A stretch of 64,000 bases of DNA from Eledone cirrhosa (Eukaryota): the NCBI GenBank assembly GCA_964016885.1, contig OZ024742.1, forward strand, positions 148,800,001 to 148,864,000, written 5' to 3'. Positions within the stretch are counted from its first letter, which is position 1. Every line of letters starts with the position of its first letter. A program made the position numbers and the translations under genes. Below, in pieces: positions 43,046 to 56,089 of the stretch. Under the pieces are notes generated by a model. That model searched no databases, was not told the origin of the DNA, and saw nothing but the letters and a program-made list of their open reading frames with translations.

Positions 43046-43116
43046 CTGGGTTTAAAATCACTTCAGAACTCAACATCCAGGACCGGACTGAACCTCTGGT
43101 CCCTATTTCTCCCCAC

Positions 43117-43545
43117 TTTACCCTGAAGGATCACAAACCCAATTTCGCTAACAACACTTCTGTTCGGCTAATTAACCCTACGAAGTCTGATTTAGGTAGA
43201 CTTAGTAAAAGGATTTTAGATACCTGAAATTAGGAGCTTAGCTCCTCTTGCACTGTGGAATAATTCTTTCACGGTGATTGATTGGTTCAATGGCATATGC
43301 AGCAAGGAACATTGCCGTTTTATCCAATTCGACGTCAATAACTACTACTTCTCCATCACTTTACCATTTCTTCTTAGAGCTATCAAATTCGCTAAAACGC
43401 TCACGGTGGTTAAGGATTTCGAAGTTGATGTCATCCTCAATGCTCGAAAGTCGGTGATTAATTTCGACGAGACTATTTCGATAAAAAAAATCTAATAGTA
43501 CCCCATTCAACGTGAGTGTGAGCGCCAGCGATTCGTCGGAGGTAA
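43117..43545 (+). mobile_element. RT N-terminal part of the same PLE type, in opposite orientation
   Basis: TLKDHKPNF...RLINPTKSDLG...ILD; FIQFDVNNYY.SI; ARKS; FNVSVSASDSSEV (degenerate motif B'). Confidence 0.8.
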
Positions 43546-44110
43546 TAATTATTTTACCTTCCACTTTACCCACAATAATTATTTTACCTTCCACTTTACC
43601 CACAATAATCATTTTACCCACAATAACTATTTTACAAACCATTTTACCCACAATAATTATTTTACCTACCATTTTACCCACAATAATTATTTTACCCACA
43701 ATAATCCTTTTTTTATTTGGGGGGATCCGTTTTTTATTTGGGGATTTCGTTTTTTATTTGGGAGGGGTCCGTTTTTTATTCGGGAGGCATCCGTTTTTTA
43801 TTCGGGGGAGATCCGTTTTTTTATTTGGTTGGGGGATCCGTTTTTTATTCGGGGGGAGTCCGTTTTTTACCCACAATAATTATTTTACCTTCCAGATTAC
43901 CGACACTAATTATTTAACCCACCATTTACCCACAATAATCATTTTACGCACCACCTTACCCACAGTAATCATTTTACCCACCTTTTTACCCACAATAATC
44001 ATTTTATCCACCACTTTACCCACAATAATTATTTTACCCACAATAATTATCTTACCTACCACTACCCACAATAATTATTTTACCTACCTCTTTACCCACA
44101 ATAATTATTT
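43543..44110. repeat. Composite minisatellite: cccacaataattattttac blocks around a core of ttttttatt(c/t)gggggatccg units
   Basis: Both unit types read directly; they explain the PTIIIL and GGIRFLF pseudo-ORFs. Confidence 0.9.
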
Positions 44111-44111
44111 A

Positions 44112-44560
44112 TTATGTGTCCAACGATTCTTTAATGAGACATTCTAACCACATGCTCATAATATCGGAGTTGTGATCTCTCAATTCGGAGAAGTAGCGCG
44201 GCTCTACCAGGAGTGACTCTCTGATCTCTGAGTTATGCACTTTATCGAGTAACGTTACTCCAAAAACCCTTCGGAGGAATCCCATTTCCCCCACTTTTAT
44301 TTGCAATTGTATTCTTTTGGTCATTACTCAAGATTCATGATCCTTGGTAAGAGTTGGCAGGAATACCAGGAAGACAGTGAGTTTGGCCTTTACATCTACG
44401 CCCCCCCCCCCATTCATCTGATTGCTGAGGCTGGCGCATTACTGCATCAACTTTTGCAATTCTTGCACTTAATTCAGCGTTCTGCATTCCATCACTCATG
44501 AACACGGCTCCAATATACTTGAACCTCTCTAACTGCTTCAGTAGAACTCCATTCACATAT
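44112..44560 (-). mobile_element. RTE-type LINE remnant
   Basis: LKQLERFKYIG and EMGFLRRVFGVTLLDKVHNSEIRE motifs; a related remnant lies at about 48000-48900 (CFVDLEKSYNCVP). Confidence 0.75.
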
Positions 44561-44789
44561 ATATAAATTTGAGGGACTTCTCTCCACCCGTCCATCACGC
44601 AATGTGTATGTGTGTGTAAAAGGAAGGAAAGGGATATACACATATATGTCTCTAACTTAAAACAGTGACACACACACACGTGTCTCTAATTTAAGAACGC
44701 CGACAAACTCACGCGCGCGCACATACACACACTGTCCTATTACCACTCAAGAGCTTTGGCCCGGGCAAGCATCCCCTCAATTTCGAAAC

Positions 44790-45400
44790 CGTCTGGGTTG
44801 TCCTGAATTGATGGGAAAAGACTTGACGGTCTTACTCTGTGCTCCTGGTCAAGAAGCAGGTGCCTTACCTGGGACGTCACAGTTAGTGACTCTTTTGCTT
44901 CTTCCCACATTCTGGATGCGGCGGTAAGGGCGAGAGCTACAGCTTCCGCAGCTGAACGGAACAATATCCTAAAGTACCGTGTTCTGTCTGCTAACTACAT
45001 TATCTAGCCTGTGGCGTTCGAACGTTTGGGGGAGTCGGGCTACTGACAGCGAGATTCTTATCTTCACTGGCGGCTCGCCAAACAGAGGTAACTGGTGATG
45101 CTCGTGAGGGCACTTGGTTGTTCCAGCACCTCAGCCTCACCATCCCCTCAGGTAACGCTGCGAGCGTGCTGGCCTGCCTCAAAAATTATTAGAGAGGTTT
45201 CCCAGTGCTCCTCGCTATATTGCTATCTTTTGCTCTGGTAGCGGCTCGTTTACCACTCTTTCGCCTGCATATTGTTCTGTGGCCTAAGATGTGTGTATTA
45301 CTAGTGTATTTTTTCCTTTCCCTTTCCTTTGTATATATTATATTTGTTAGTGTTTTCGTTCTGTAACCATTATATTAAATGAGTTAATAAATAAATAAAA
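44790..45400 (+). mobile_element. CRE-like non-LTR 3' remnant
   Basis: DGLTLCSW...CLTWDVTV.DS...KY...GDARE..WLFQHLSL...GNAASVL followed by an aataaataaataaa tail. Confidence 0.75.
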
Positions 45401-46577
45401 CGTTATACTTGTTTTACCCTCCCATTTCCAATTTCACCGAACGCTGCTATCATGACTATATGTGTTTGTGTAAATGTATGTGTGAATGTATGTTTCTGTG
45501 AAAGTATGTGTATTTGTGTGAATTATGTCCGTGAGGGTGTATTTTTATAAGTTTGTGTTTGCGCGATTATAGTTATATACTCATACATATAGATGTATGT
45601 ATGTGCCCACTCATACGCGTCAACGTCTAGAAAATCATAATCTCTCTCTTTCTATATATATGGTAGTTGAAGTGGTGGCGGTGGCGACGATATACCGGAA
45701 GTGCAACTTTGAAAAGAAGTCAATTTTAAATTATTTATGTTTAAGAAATTTAGTACATAAATTATGTAATATTCTTTCATTATTTATTCAAAGTAATCCA
45801 ACTTATTTTACTAACTGGATTAAAAGAAATAAACCTCACCCAGTCCCGCAGACCTTCCTTTATTATAGTTTAGATGACTCCATTTATACCATAAACGTGG
45901 TTTTGTCTTTGTGTGTATTTCTCAACGCTCCATATAACGACGTATTATCTCCTCTTTTTCCGTGCATTGCCAGGGAACGTCTTCATGAACCAAAGTATCG
46001 TCTTCCTGTTTTCCTTCGGTTGCAACGATTTTCGAAATATTTACTTCTACGTTCACAGATTGATTTTTTTTTAGTTTCAGAAGATCCCGTTAAGGGTGAA
46101 AGCAGTGATTCTTTGCTTAAACTTTAATCTGTTATTTTAATAAATATTTGCTCTAGGGTTCTTATATATTTTCTATATATTTATCCTTATCGAACCCTCT
46201 TTGGATTTTAGTCTTCACATTTATTATTATTACTACTGTTTATTATAAAATAGTAGCTCCCTCTATTGGCAGCAAAAGAATTCTCTCTCTGGGCAAAGGG
46301 TAGATTACATGTTACCTGTGTAGTGAGATATAAATAGGCCATAACTCAGATGAGTTGAGAGAAAAAATGTGTCTAAAAGGAATCAGTAGTTTTATACATT
46401 ATTTTACTGGTTTCAGACACTACTGCTAGTTGGGCATCACATTCATATTGTCCTCAGTATTTATTTCAGCCTGGTACATATGTTAGTCATTATTCTTCGA
46501 ACTATTTTAAGAGACAAGACTTAAACAACAACGCGTTTTAGACTATTGTAAATATAAACACAGAATGCACATACATA

Positions 46578-47663
46578 CGACGATGGACTGAAAAGTTCAT
46601 AGGCTGACTATGGAGTGATGGTAGAGCTGTGAAATCTTGCACAAATTAATTTAAATCCTTTTTATTAATAACTGCATTGTATTTGTTTGTTCTTTCATAT
46701 AATCTGATATCTGACTGTTCAATGAAGATTTCAAAAGTAATTAGTAGTGACTTCTCTTAAAAAATGGGCAAAATTTGGCAGAAAAAGGGTTTAGCCCCCA
46801 GGTATATTCATGCTGACATGGTTGCTACATTAGGGGATGGTGCTCTGGGTTTATCAACAGTGCGTAAGTGGGCACCTGAATTTGGGAGAGTTTTGAAGAT
46901 GACTCAAGGTCTGCAACTGCCACCACCGAGGAAAACATTGGTTGTGTTCACATGGTGATGGATGACAGGCGATTGACTATAAATCAAATAACCAATGTCA
47001 TTAGCATATCCTCTGTGAGCTTTAAGAATATCCTGCACAATAAACTTGGCATGGTGAAGGTTTCAGTTGAGTGAGTGCCCTCTCTTCTGACACCTGATCA
47101 AAAGTGCACTAGGCTGATCACATGGAAAAGTCTGATATTGTTTGAGGTAGATCCAGCTGGTTTTCTAACCCAGAATGAGTGTTGGGTTCATCACTTTGAG
47201 GAAGAGATGAGACAATCCATCCAAAGGAGGCCATGGTCATTTCATCTGCAAGGAAGGTGATGGCCTGTTTTTCGGGATGCAAAAGGCATTGTGTTTATTG
47301 ACTATCTTCAAAAGGATGACACCATCAATGAAGAGTACTATGTCAACATACTGAGGCATTTACAAAAGACTATAAAGAACACCCAGGAAAACTGACGAAA
47401 GGTGTCTTTTTTATCAGGACAATATTCCAGTGCACAAGTCCTTGGTTTCAATGGCTGCTGTGGCTTTAAACTGGTTGAGCCCCCTCGATCATGTTCCCCA
47501 TGATAAAACACTTGGCTGGGAAGCAGGACCTGTTGCTGACTTTTTATCAACACGATGGACGAGGTGTGTGGACCACAAGGGGGACCATGTTGAAAAATAA
47601 ACCTCATTTGGTCACATTTTATGAGTATCTTAGTAAGCCTATAAACTTTTCAGCCGACCCTCG
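46578..47663 (+). mobile_element. Degenerate mariner transposon
   Basis: ~33-bp TIRs (ctgaaaagttcataggctgacta / tagtaagcctataaacttttcag); remnants STVRKWA.EF, VPSLLT, ECWVHHF, SA.KVM and QDN.P.H. Confidence 0.85.
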
Positions 47664-50104
47664 CATATGCAAGAGCATCAATTGCATAAAGTGCTGAGCT
47701 CTTAAAATAGATGGAACCCGTGGAAATAGGAGACCAAGGAAAAAATTGGACAAGGTTAGGGAGAAACGACCAGGAAACAGAACACCGTAAAGACTGTAAC
47801 TGTGGCAAATGAGAAACAGCATGGAGTGGAGAAGTTTCTTTTAACCTTACATCTCTAGTGTTGGTGTTACGATAAAATGCACCTAATACACTGTAAAGTG
47901 GTTGGCATTACAAAGGACCAAGCAAGACGTGGTTCTCTGATGAATTTTAAAACACAGACCGAGCTCCTTTTTCACCAGCATATACCTGGGAGGGTCGAAG
48001 TCCTTGGAACAAATCCAGACCAACTGAGCTCATGATGTTATCCACCAATCATGCCCGTGGTCCGTCTCTGGGTTTCCAGCTGGTTAGCTTTGCTCATAAA
48101 ATCTGTCCAACAACATCCTAACCATATGTCCATAACATCGGCGGAACTGTGCTCTCTAAATTCGGAGTTGTAGCTCCCTGATCTCCGAGCTACACACCGT
48201 CGAGTAACCTTACTCCAAAACTCTTCCAAGAGACCACATTTCGGTCGCTTGTATTCTTCAGGTCCGTTACTCAACATTCATGACCTTAAATACGGACAAA
48301 CCGAATACTGAATTGAAGAAATCTCCTGCAATTCTTACTTTTAATTCAACCTGCCTTCTATCACCCGCGTAAACAGTCCGGAAATATTTGAACACCTACC
48401 TGTGGAACTCCAACATGCAGAGTGCATTGCACAGGCTCCTTTGAGGACTATTTTCATTCCTGCCAAGCAGCAAACATATCAATCACCTTACTAGTTAAAT
48501 AATAACTGGAATTTGCAGAGGACAAGGTAACTCACCCTACGCTCACCAGCCTGGCTGTGTACGTCAACCTGTTCATGAGGATTATGAACAAGACAAGGTG
48601 ACAATACGCACCCTCAGCAGAATCTGACACTCACATTGAATGCTTTTGACTTATCAAAACAAATACTAGGGCATTCGTATAGAAACTTCAAGGCATCAAA
48701 CCATACTCTTGCAGAATCTTCCACAAGTCACTGGGAACACAGTTGTATGACTTTTCGAGGTCCACAAAACAAGTATACCACCTGTGTGAATATTTGGTTA
48801 GATAGGCAAAAACTAATTCCTCAGCTAGATTGGATTCAACAAATAGCTTACCTCTCTTTGCCAGACACTTAGCATAGACTGGGTGTCCTCCGGCTACCCA
48901 GCTGCAGCATTTAACATCTGAAGTCTCCACTCTGTTCGGAGTTCTCTGAATTTGGATGCATTAGTCCCCACTTAATCCTGTAAGCCAAGCTGATCCTACC
49001 AATTTTGTTGGTTATCTTGAGTTTAGGGGGTCTCATGTTGCAGATAACTAGGTGATCAGTTAATAGCTCAACCCCTCACTTAATCAAAGAAATCAGACAA
49101 AAAAAAAATAACTGACCCGTCTCTGATTTCCTTTAAACCATGTATATCTTTGAGCTGGAAGGTGTACATAATGGTCTAACAGAAGTCTATGACCTCTTTG
49201 TTCAGATTTAGATCAGGGTCACCCATTCCTTCCAATCACTCCTTTCCATGTCAAAGAATCAATGGGATGTGGTAGGTTATCTCAACATCCATCAATACAT
49301 ACACACAACCATAACACTGAGCATTAAGTACTCTAAAAACTTAAGCAAACTACTGACAACTCAAACTACCTTGGAAATGTTTTTATAAAGATTTAAGCAT
49401 TTCCACACACAGGATCAATAGATTTTTTTTGAACTGCAACTATACTGGGATACAGGCCTCAAAGATGATTATTTCGAGCCCAGTACTTATTTCAGTACAG
49501 AACCTATTTTACAAATTTCTACTGGCTGAACAGTTATGTTATAAGACATGAGACACAACATAAACACACATAAGATAAGCTTCTAGAAGTTCTACTTAAT
49601 TTCACTCATAAGGCATTGTCCAACTTACAAAATGCAGAGTGTAACTGAACCTAAAACAACATGGTTGTAAGGCAAACGTCTAAAACACGGGGCAATGTAA
49701 AATGTAAATTTTATGAAAATAGCCAATCTTTTACACTTTCGACTCTACAATTACTGCGAAAATCCTCTTCATGACAATCACTAATGATCAATCATAGTTG
49801 TTCAGGACAGTAAACTTTCCCGATTCAGCAGAGATAAGCTGAATGGAAGTTGGATAATTCACATATTTAAGACATTTGGAATTAAACTATGAAACAATAC
49901 TAATACCCCTACCATTATTATAAACACAGGAGCTTCAAAGCAGTAAATAACTTTTACAGCTTAATACACCTTAAGACAACAGCAAAACACGACCTTTAAG
50001 AAAAAAAAACTCAATGCTTTAATATCTTACAACTCGTGTGAATATATTGTCAATAAAGATAAATATATATACAACACAAAGAAACTATTAAAACCAGTAA
50101 ATCA

Positions 50105-50110
50105 TTTATT
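50105..50110 (-). terminator. Polyadenylation signal AATAAA of RPS10
   Basis: tttatt on the + strand, 11 nt past the stop; very short 3' UTRs are typical of ribosomal protein mRNAs. Confidence 0.7.
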
Positions 50111-50121
50111 TCCAAAATCCA

Positions 50122-50154
50122 TTACTCTACACTCCCTCGGCCAAAGCCAGCTCT
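50122..50154 (-). CDS. RPS10: 40S ribosomal protein S10 (eS10), last coding exon RAGFGRGSVE*
   Basis: Acceptor tatttttcAG, phase 0, conserved R.GFGRG C-terminus, TAA stop. Confidence 0.9.
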   Translation of the reverse strand, partial: RAGFGRGSVE

Positions 50155-51519
50155 CTGAAAAATAAGAAAATTTAAAAGTCAATTAGAAATTATATATACA
50201 ATTGAAAAATCAATAATACTAAGAGTAATGGTTGCAGTAAATCTACCATATTTCCCAGCATTGAAGATGCTACTTTTTACCTAAAATAAGTCTAAAAAAT
50301 CTACCATGCATCCTGGAGGCCAAAGGTTGTTTATTATTTTATTTTCAAATTTTGGGTCTGTCAAAATTAGGGTGCGCCCTCGAAATACAATATATATTAA
50401 TGGTATTTGAATTTGAACTTAAATGAATACATGGAGCTACAACTTCAGAGTCACCAGCATGTTGTCCCTCTTCAGATCTGAACATACCCAATTTCTTCCA
50501 AAAAAGTAAGAGATAGCTAGGAAGAATCAACCCCAGTACTGGACTGGTATTTTTTTTATCGACCTCAAAAATATGAAAGGCCAAATTGACCTCGGCGCCA
50601 TTCGAACTGAATGGTGAAAACCAGTACAAGTACCACAGCGAATTCCACCCAGTTTGCCACCTTATTCTTATTAAGTCATAAAATAGACATATTTGTTACT
50701 ATTCTTAGTGTCTGCTACCTGCTTATCTATTTATACTTTACAAGTTGTAAACAGATGAATTTACCAAATATAAATTCAATATTTTTGAGAGGGAAAATAT
50801 TTTCATGCAGTAAAATGGCTGCTTTGATTTTCAGCTAGCAAGACAGAAAAAATTATAGACCATTGTAGAAAATTCAAGAAAGATTTTAATTACAATCTCA
50901 TAGACCATTGTAGAAAATTCAAGAAAGATTTTAATTACAATCTCATCTTTTAAACTTATACTTTGCTTTATCAATGAGAAAAAAATGCTTCTTCCCTTCT
51001 TCTGAACTTTAACCCTTTAGTGTTCAAACCAGCCAAAATTATTTCCCCTTTCTTTGTTCAAATCGCCCAAATTTGGGCAGACACCCACACTAAGATATAA
51101 TTCTAAAAATAAATAACGTCATCAAAATCTTGTTGATTCGAGAATACTGCGAGATAAGGCCTTTGCCATGAAATACAGCACTTAATATAGTGAAACTTGA
51201 AACATGGCTTGTGAAAGTAGCGATACCATCTTTGAAGGTTTTACATGCGATGACATTCATAATTTAGAAAAATAAATTAAATATCAGTTATTCATCTTCA
51301 AATGAATCAGACGTACATATATATCTCTGAATTTTCATCCGACGATGATTGTTGTTTTGATAGTGAACGCGAACAAGACCCCTCAGGACGCCATTGAAAA
51401 TACTACAGTAACATGGCCATAAAACAATACATATTCCTAATTTTATGGAAAATATTGGTCCACAACACACATTACCTCCCGATGCTAAAGCACCGGATTA
51501 TTTCTTTTTGTTTTTGCAA

Positions 51520-52015
51520 CAGACTTTCTTTGAAGTTGTGGTAAAAACCAACAAAATATGCCCAACAACAAATTTCAAATCGAAGAAAGGCTGATCTATT
51601 ATGGCAACCGGAAGATGCTGCGGAAATTCAAGCATTTCTTAATATGTTTGGTATAAAGCAATTTCCAAGATTGGAATTACTGGGGCACTGATATAAGGTT
51701 TAATTACCCATATATAAAGTATTATGCCGAAAACAAGGTATTTAAAATTGAATCAGTATTTGCACCTGGTCGATACTTCAAATGCCCCCCTGGTAGAAAT
51801 GAATTACGATCCTCTCTATAAATGTTGACCATTAATTAATGTATTATCTGAAAAATTAAAAAACTATATACCTAGAAAAAATGCGTGTTGATGAAGCAAT
51901 GATTGAGTATAAAGGTAAGGTACATTTCAGAGAGTATATACCAGCTAAGCCCACCAAATGGAGCATCAAGGTGTGGGAACTCTGTGAATTGGACACAGGT
52001 TACTGTGCAAACTTT
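51520..52015 (+). mobile_element. piggyBac-like transposase remnant in an RPS10 intron
   Basis: VDEAMIEYKGKVHFREYIPAKPTKWSIKVWELC...TGY, with upstream QYLHLVD...DPLYK. Confidence 0.8.
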
Positions 52016-52637
52016 AGGGAAAAGGGAGTAAAAAACATAACAGAAAGAGAAAAAAAAACAGATTGTGATACACATATTTTGACTTTTTCTTTGGGTATTC
52101 TAGCAGAGGATCTTGCCTTCGTAAATACGTACACCTGCATCATCTGATAATGAACTTATATATTGGACACATTCTGTTATGTAAATCTACCCAGTACATT
52201 GCCAATATTTGCATGGAATGTAAAGATTAAAATATTGTACTGATTAAACCTGCATTTTAAATTAATTTACCTGTTTGTGAAAAGTGGTAAAATTGTTTTA
52301 AGTCAACATCTATGTCATTGTTGGATAATTTTGATAAACCTAACAGGTAAGGCACATAAAGTTTACATTTTTGTGTTTATCCATAAAGTTATTACTTTTA
52401 CACCTGTTAATTAATTTCACCTGCCCATAAAAGTCAAAAAAAAAAACCATGTAAAAATAGATAATTGTAAATTATTGATATTCAAACATCTGACAAAATA
52501 CTAATATAGTTGATAACCCTCTTGAGTATGATTGACTCAAAATAATGTGAATAAATAAACATGACATTTGACAGAGGGTTAAACATTACACAAATTATCA
52601 AAGCATCTATCTGTAGCAACAATAGAAGATAACTTAC

Positions 52638-52696
52638 ATATTGGATGTCTTTTAATCCACCAGCTCCAGCATCAGTCTTTTTATCACTACCCATAC
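52638..52696 (-). CDS. RPS10: RPS10 coding exon 4 (GMGSDKKTDAGAGGLKDIQY)
   Basis: AG/GTAAGT boundaries, 59 nt, phase 1 to 0; conserved DKK..AGAG. Confidence 0.92.
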
Positions 52697-54486
52697 CTGT
52701 AAAAAAGGTAAAATTAATTAACTGGGATGACAACTATAGTACAATAACTGAACAGCAGCTTTTTTTTTCCGTTTGCTACAAGAATGGTATGAAACGTTCA
52801 AACATTTTCATTTAGAGGGAGAAAACTGTTTTTTGCTAATGTGTGTGTATATACACATTCATTATATATATACATATGTGAAGGTATGTGGTTTAGTGGT
52901 TAAGTTGTTTGACTCACAATCATAGTCATGTGTTTGATTTCCAGCAATGCATCATGTTTTTGAGCAAAACACTTTATTTCACATTGCTCCAGTTCACTTA
53001 ACTGGCAAAAATAAGTTGTACATTTAACAGTCCAGGCATGTCGCACTGAATCTCCCTGAGAACTACATTATGTATACGTATCTGCGGAAAGTTCTGCCAC
53101 ATGCAAGTTATGCAAGTTAATTTCACAAGCAAGTTGTTCCATTGATCTAATCAACTGAAACACTCGGGACCAATATATGTTTATGTATAGTCAACAAACG
53201 TAGCTTTGTAAAAAATTTAAGAAACTGAATAAGATGGGCACTAGTTATATTAATTATAGATTAACAAATTTTTTTTCCTGTCAAATATAAATATTTAATA
53301 CACTTTATCATACAATTAATTTTCAAAGAGAAGAAAAGGCAGTAGACAAAATAGATGGGTTCATTTTAAAAAGGCAGGGGCGGAAGCATATATCTGAATC
53401 TACATATATGTTCCTCTGTATATATATCATCATTTTATGTCCACTTTTCCCCGCTTGCAAGGGTGGGACATATTTGCTTATGTATTATATGTGTGCCTAT
53501 TGATATCAGCTTGTTTTTCTATGTTTTCTAAGGCCAAATGCACTTCTTGACGCCAACCTTTATTCCAAGTATGATACATACCACTGGCACTTACTTGCTA
53601 AATTGCTGTGCTGAGGGGACATACTGCAAGCCAGTTTCAACATACACACACACACACACATACATATTATCAGCTTCATATTTCTTTACCCACTTATTGC
53701 TGAGAGGGTTATGGGGGACAGAGTTATGGAATGAGCAGCAGTTCCAGGTTTGGTATGAAATGGCTTAATTTGATATGCAGTTTGAGGAGACAAAATTTAT
53801 ATTTTCAACATTTTTTTTACATTGCTTGACTAACATTTTTTCTCTTGCATGTTTTTGGTTAGCCTAGGCTAGCTATGACTGAAGCACGACTTATGTTCGA
53901 TGGTATTCCAGCTACAAACACGTATTTTTGTATATCTAATAACTACATTATGCATCTTTTATTTTTAAGGTAGATTGGGATGAGGGAATAGGCTGCCTTT
54001 TTCAGCAAGTCAAACAATGAGGCTGCCACATGGGCTTGTCTATTTCAAATTTTCAAAGACAGCCAATGGTTTAGCCATTTGTTTACATTTCACATTAGTA
54101 GTTGAATCATGACTACAGGCGTTGTATGAGCGGCACACATTTCTGATGTAAAATACTCAGTGATTGGTTGAATTAGGAAATTATTTTTAGCTTAAACCAA
54201 TCAATGTTTTAAATATATATTTTGAATATAAGGACATGTTGCAATTAATTAACTTTTTTCAAGAGAGAATGACACATTTCAATAATGATCTATATCAACA
54301 AACATGGCATCAAAATTTCAAATGCTTTAAATTAACTGATTTAGTTGAAGCATAAAAGAAATAATTCTTTTTATTGAAAATGAACAGAATTTATCAGACT
54401 CGGTTATAAAAAAACGAGTATTAAAATCAATATTTTAGAAATAGTGGATTCTACTGTAAAATGTATTAATTGTGAAAACCATCATA

Positions 54487-54617
54487 TTGCTCAGAATAAA
54501 GCAGAATCCAAATCCATGATTAAAAGAGATAACCACATGTTAAACTCTCAAGATCAAAGATTTGACAACCCACATATCTGGTTGTTTTCAGGACCCCTGC
54601 GCTTCTCATCATAGCAA
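54487..54617 (-). ncRNA. SNORD94: Intronic box C/D snoRNA, SNORD94/U94-like, predicted to guide U6 snRNA C62 2'-O-methylation
   Basis: TTGC-T-ATGATGA (C box)...GCGCAGGGGTC-CTGA (D')...CTGA (D)-GCAA terminal stem. The guide pairs with U6 GGCCCCUGCGC, and the +5 rule gives C62 (human numbering). Same strand as the host gene. Confidence 0.85.
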
Positions 54618-54750
54618 AACGGTTTTTTTTTTATTTACTCAACTATTTACTTCCTGGTGGTGAATTTTAAATAATAGTAAACAATCACTAAGTAAATAGC
54701 ATGCAATGCTGTCCATTTCTCATGTCAATTATTGTTGCAACATCACTTAC

Positions 54751-54810
54751 CAGATGGTGCTCTTCTGTATTCACGGTCTGATGGAGGACCACCACGAGAC
54801 AATTCAGGTG
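54751..54810 (-). CDS. RPS10: RPS10 coding exon 3 (APELSRGGPPSDREYRRAPS)
   Basis: ttttcAG / GTAAGT, 60 nt, phase 1 to 1; conserved DR..YRR motif. Confidence 0.9.
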
Positions 54811-54860
54811 CTGAAAATAAATTGTTAAATGAAATTTAAGAACTAATTTTTTAGAAAATG

Positions 54861-54912
<52 letters not shown>

Positions 54913-55908
54913 TGTCGATGCATATATACTTCATTTCACCGTCAATCGGTCGTTTTGGTGCCACAATAAAAGGCACCAGTTCACGCTGTAAATGTAGTTG
55001 GCATTGGGAAAGTCATCTAGTCCAGGTCAGAAACAATTCTGTATGAGCAAGTCACCCGATATGAATTAAGGTGACAACTTGTCTAACCTATGCTAGCATG
55101 TAAAATGGATGAAAACAAGACTCCAAAAAAATAAAACTTTCCTTGTATTGCATTTGTAAATGAAGGAAAATGTTACAATTAGTGAGTTAACATTACCATC
55201 GATTAAAAAAATTCGATAGGTCCATACTTTTGTACTGAAGGGAGACAATACAGTCATGGAATAACTTCAAAGGGAGGTAACATGACTGAATATATTAAAG
55301 AATTTTGATTCTTTAGATGCTTGTTGGAATTCTCTTGGAAGGGGGATATTAACTTAAATTTTAGAAGGCTGCATATGATATGATATGAGAGTGGAGGTTT
55401 ACTCCACGTAGACTAATTATAAAGCTGACAACAGTACCACCAGAAATTCTTGTTCAGATGCTTAAACTAGGAAGGACACTGACAGTAGGATCAAGGTGTC
55501 ATACTCTTTGATTGGCACAGGAGCACCTTTGTCAACTGCTAAAGGAGATGCACTAGTGAGGAGTTATTACATATACATTGATTTGTGAAAGTTACAGAAA
55601 GATTAAAACCAGAGTATATGATGCTTCTCGTCAAAAGAAATGAATGTTACTATGCATGAACAGGGAACAAATGGGCAGAGTGAAAAACTAAGTATAAGAG
55701 GAATCAGTTGTAGTGTGGAAGAAACAATTGTGTCAGTATGGACATGTGATGCATAAGGAAAGAGTTGTATAAAAAAGCGCTTTAAGTAACTGGAACCTAT
55801 GGAATGAAGTCATGAAAAGCAACCTCCAGAAATAACATGATCACAGCAATAAGAATCAATGAGATAAATGACATTTCCATGTGTTGCTTTCAAAGAGGAG
55901 AAACTCAC

Positions 55909-56089
55909 CTTTTGGTCGTGGGCCACCACGAGCTGCTTCTGTACGTGTTTGCCTCTTCAATGTAGCAGGTACAATTTCAGATGGCAAATGGAGGAAATCT
56001 CTAAGGTATTGGATACCATCATTGGTTAGATACCAATAATAATGCCTCCAGGCGAACTGCTCTGTCACGTAAGCACGGGACTTGAGGGA
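55909..56089 (-). CDS. RPS10: RPS10 coding exon 2 ([46 protein letters not shown]...RPK)
   Basis: Unmistakable eS10 core; ttttAG / GTGAGT, 181 nt. Confidence 0.97.

Noticed and set aside
43512-44147. 211-aa hydrophobic repeat protein
   Set aside because: It is the translation of the composite minisatellite.
54495-54512. Second snoRNA guide upstream of box D targeting 28S (AAGCAGAAU)
   Set aside because: Only about 9 nt of complementarity and not adjacent to box D; too weak to call.
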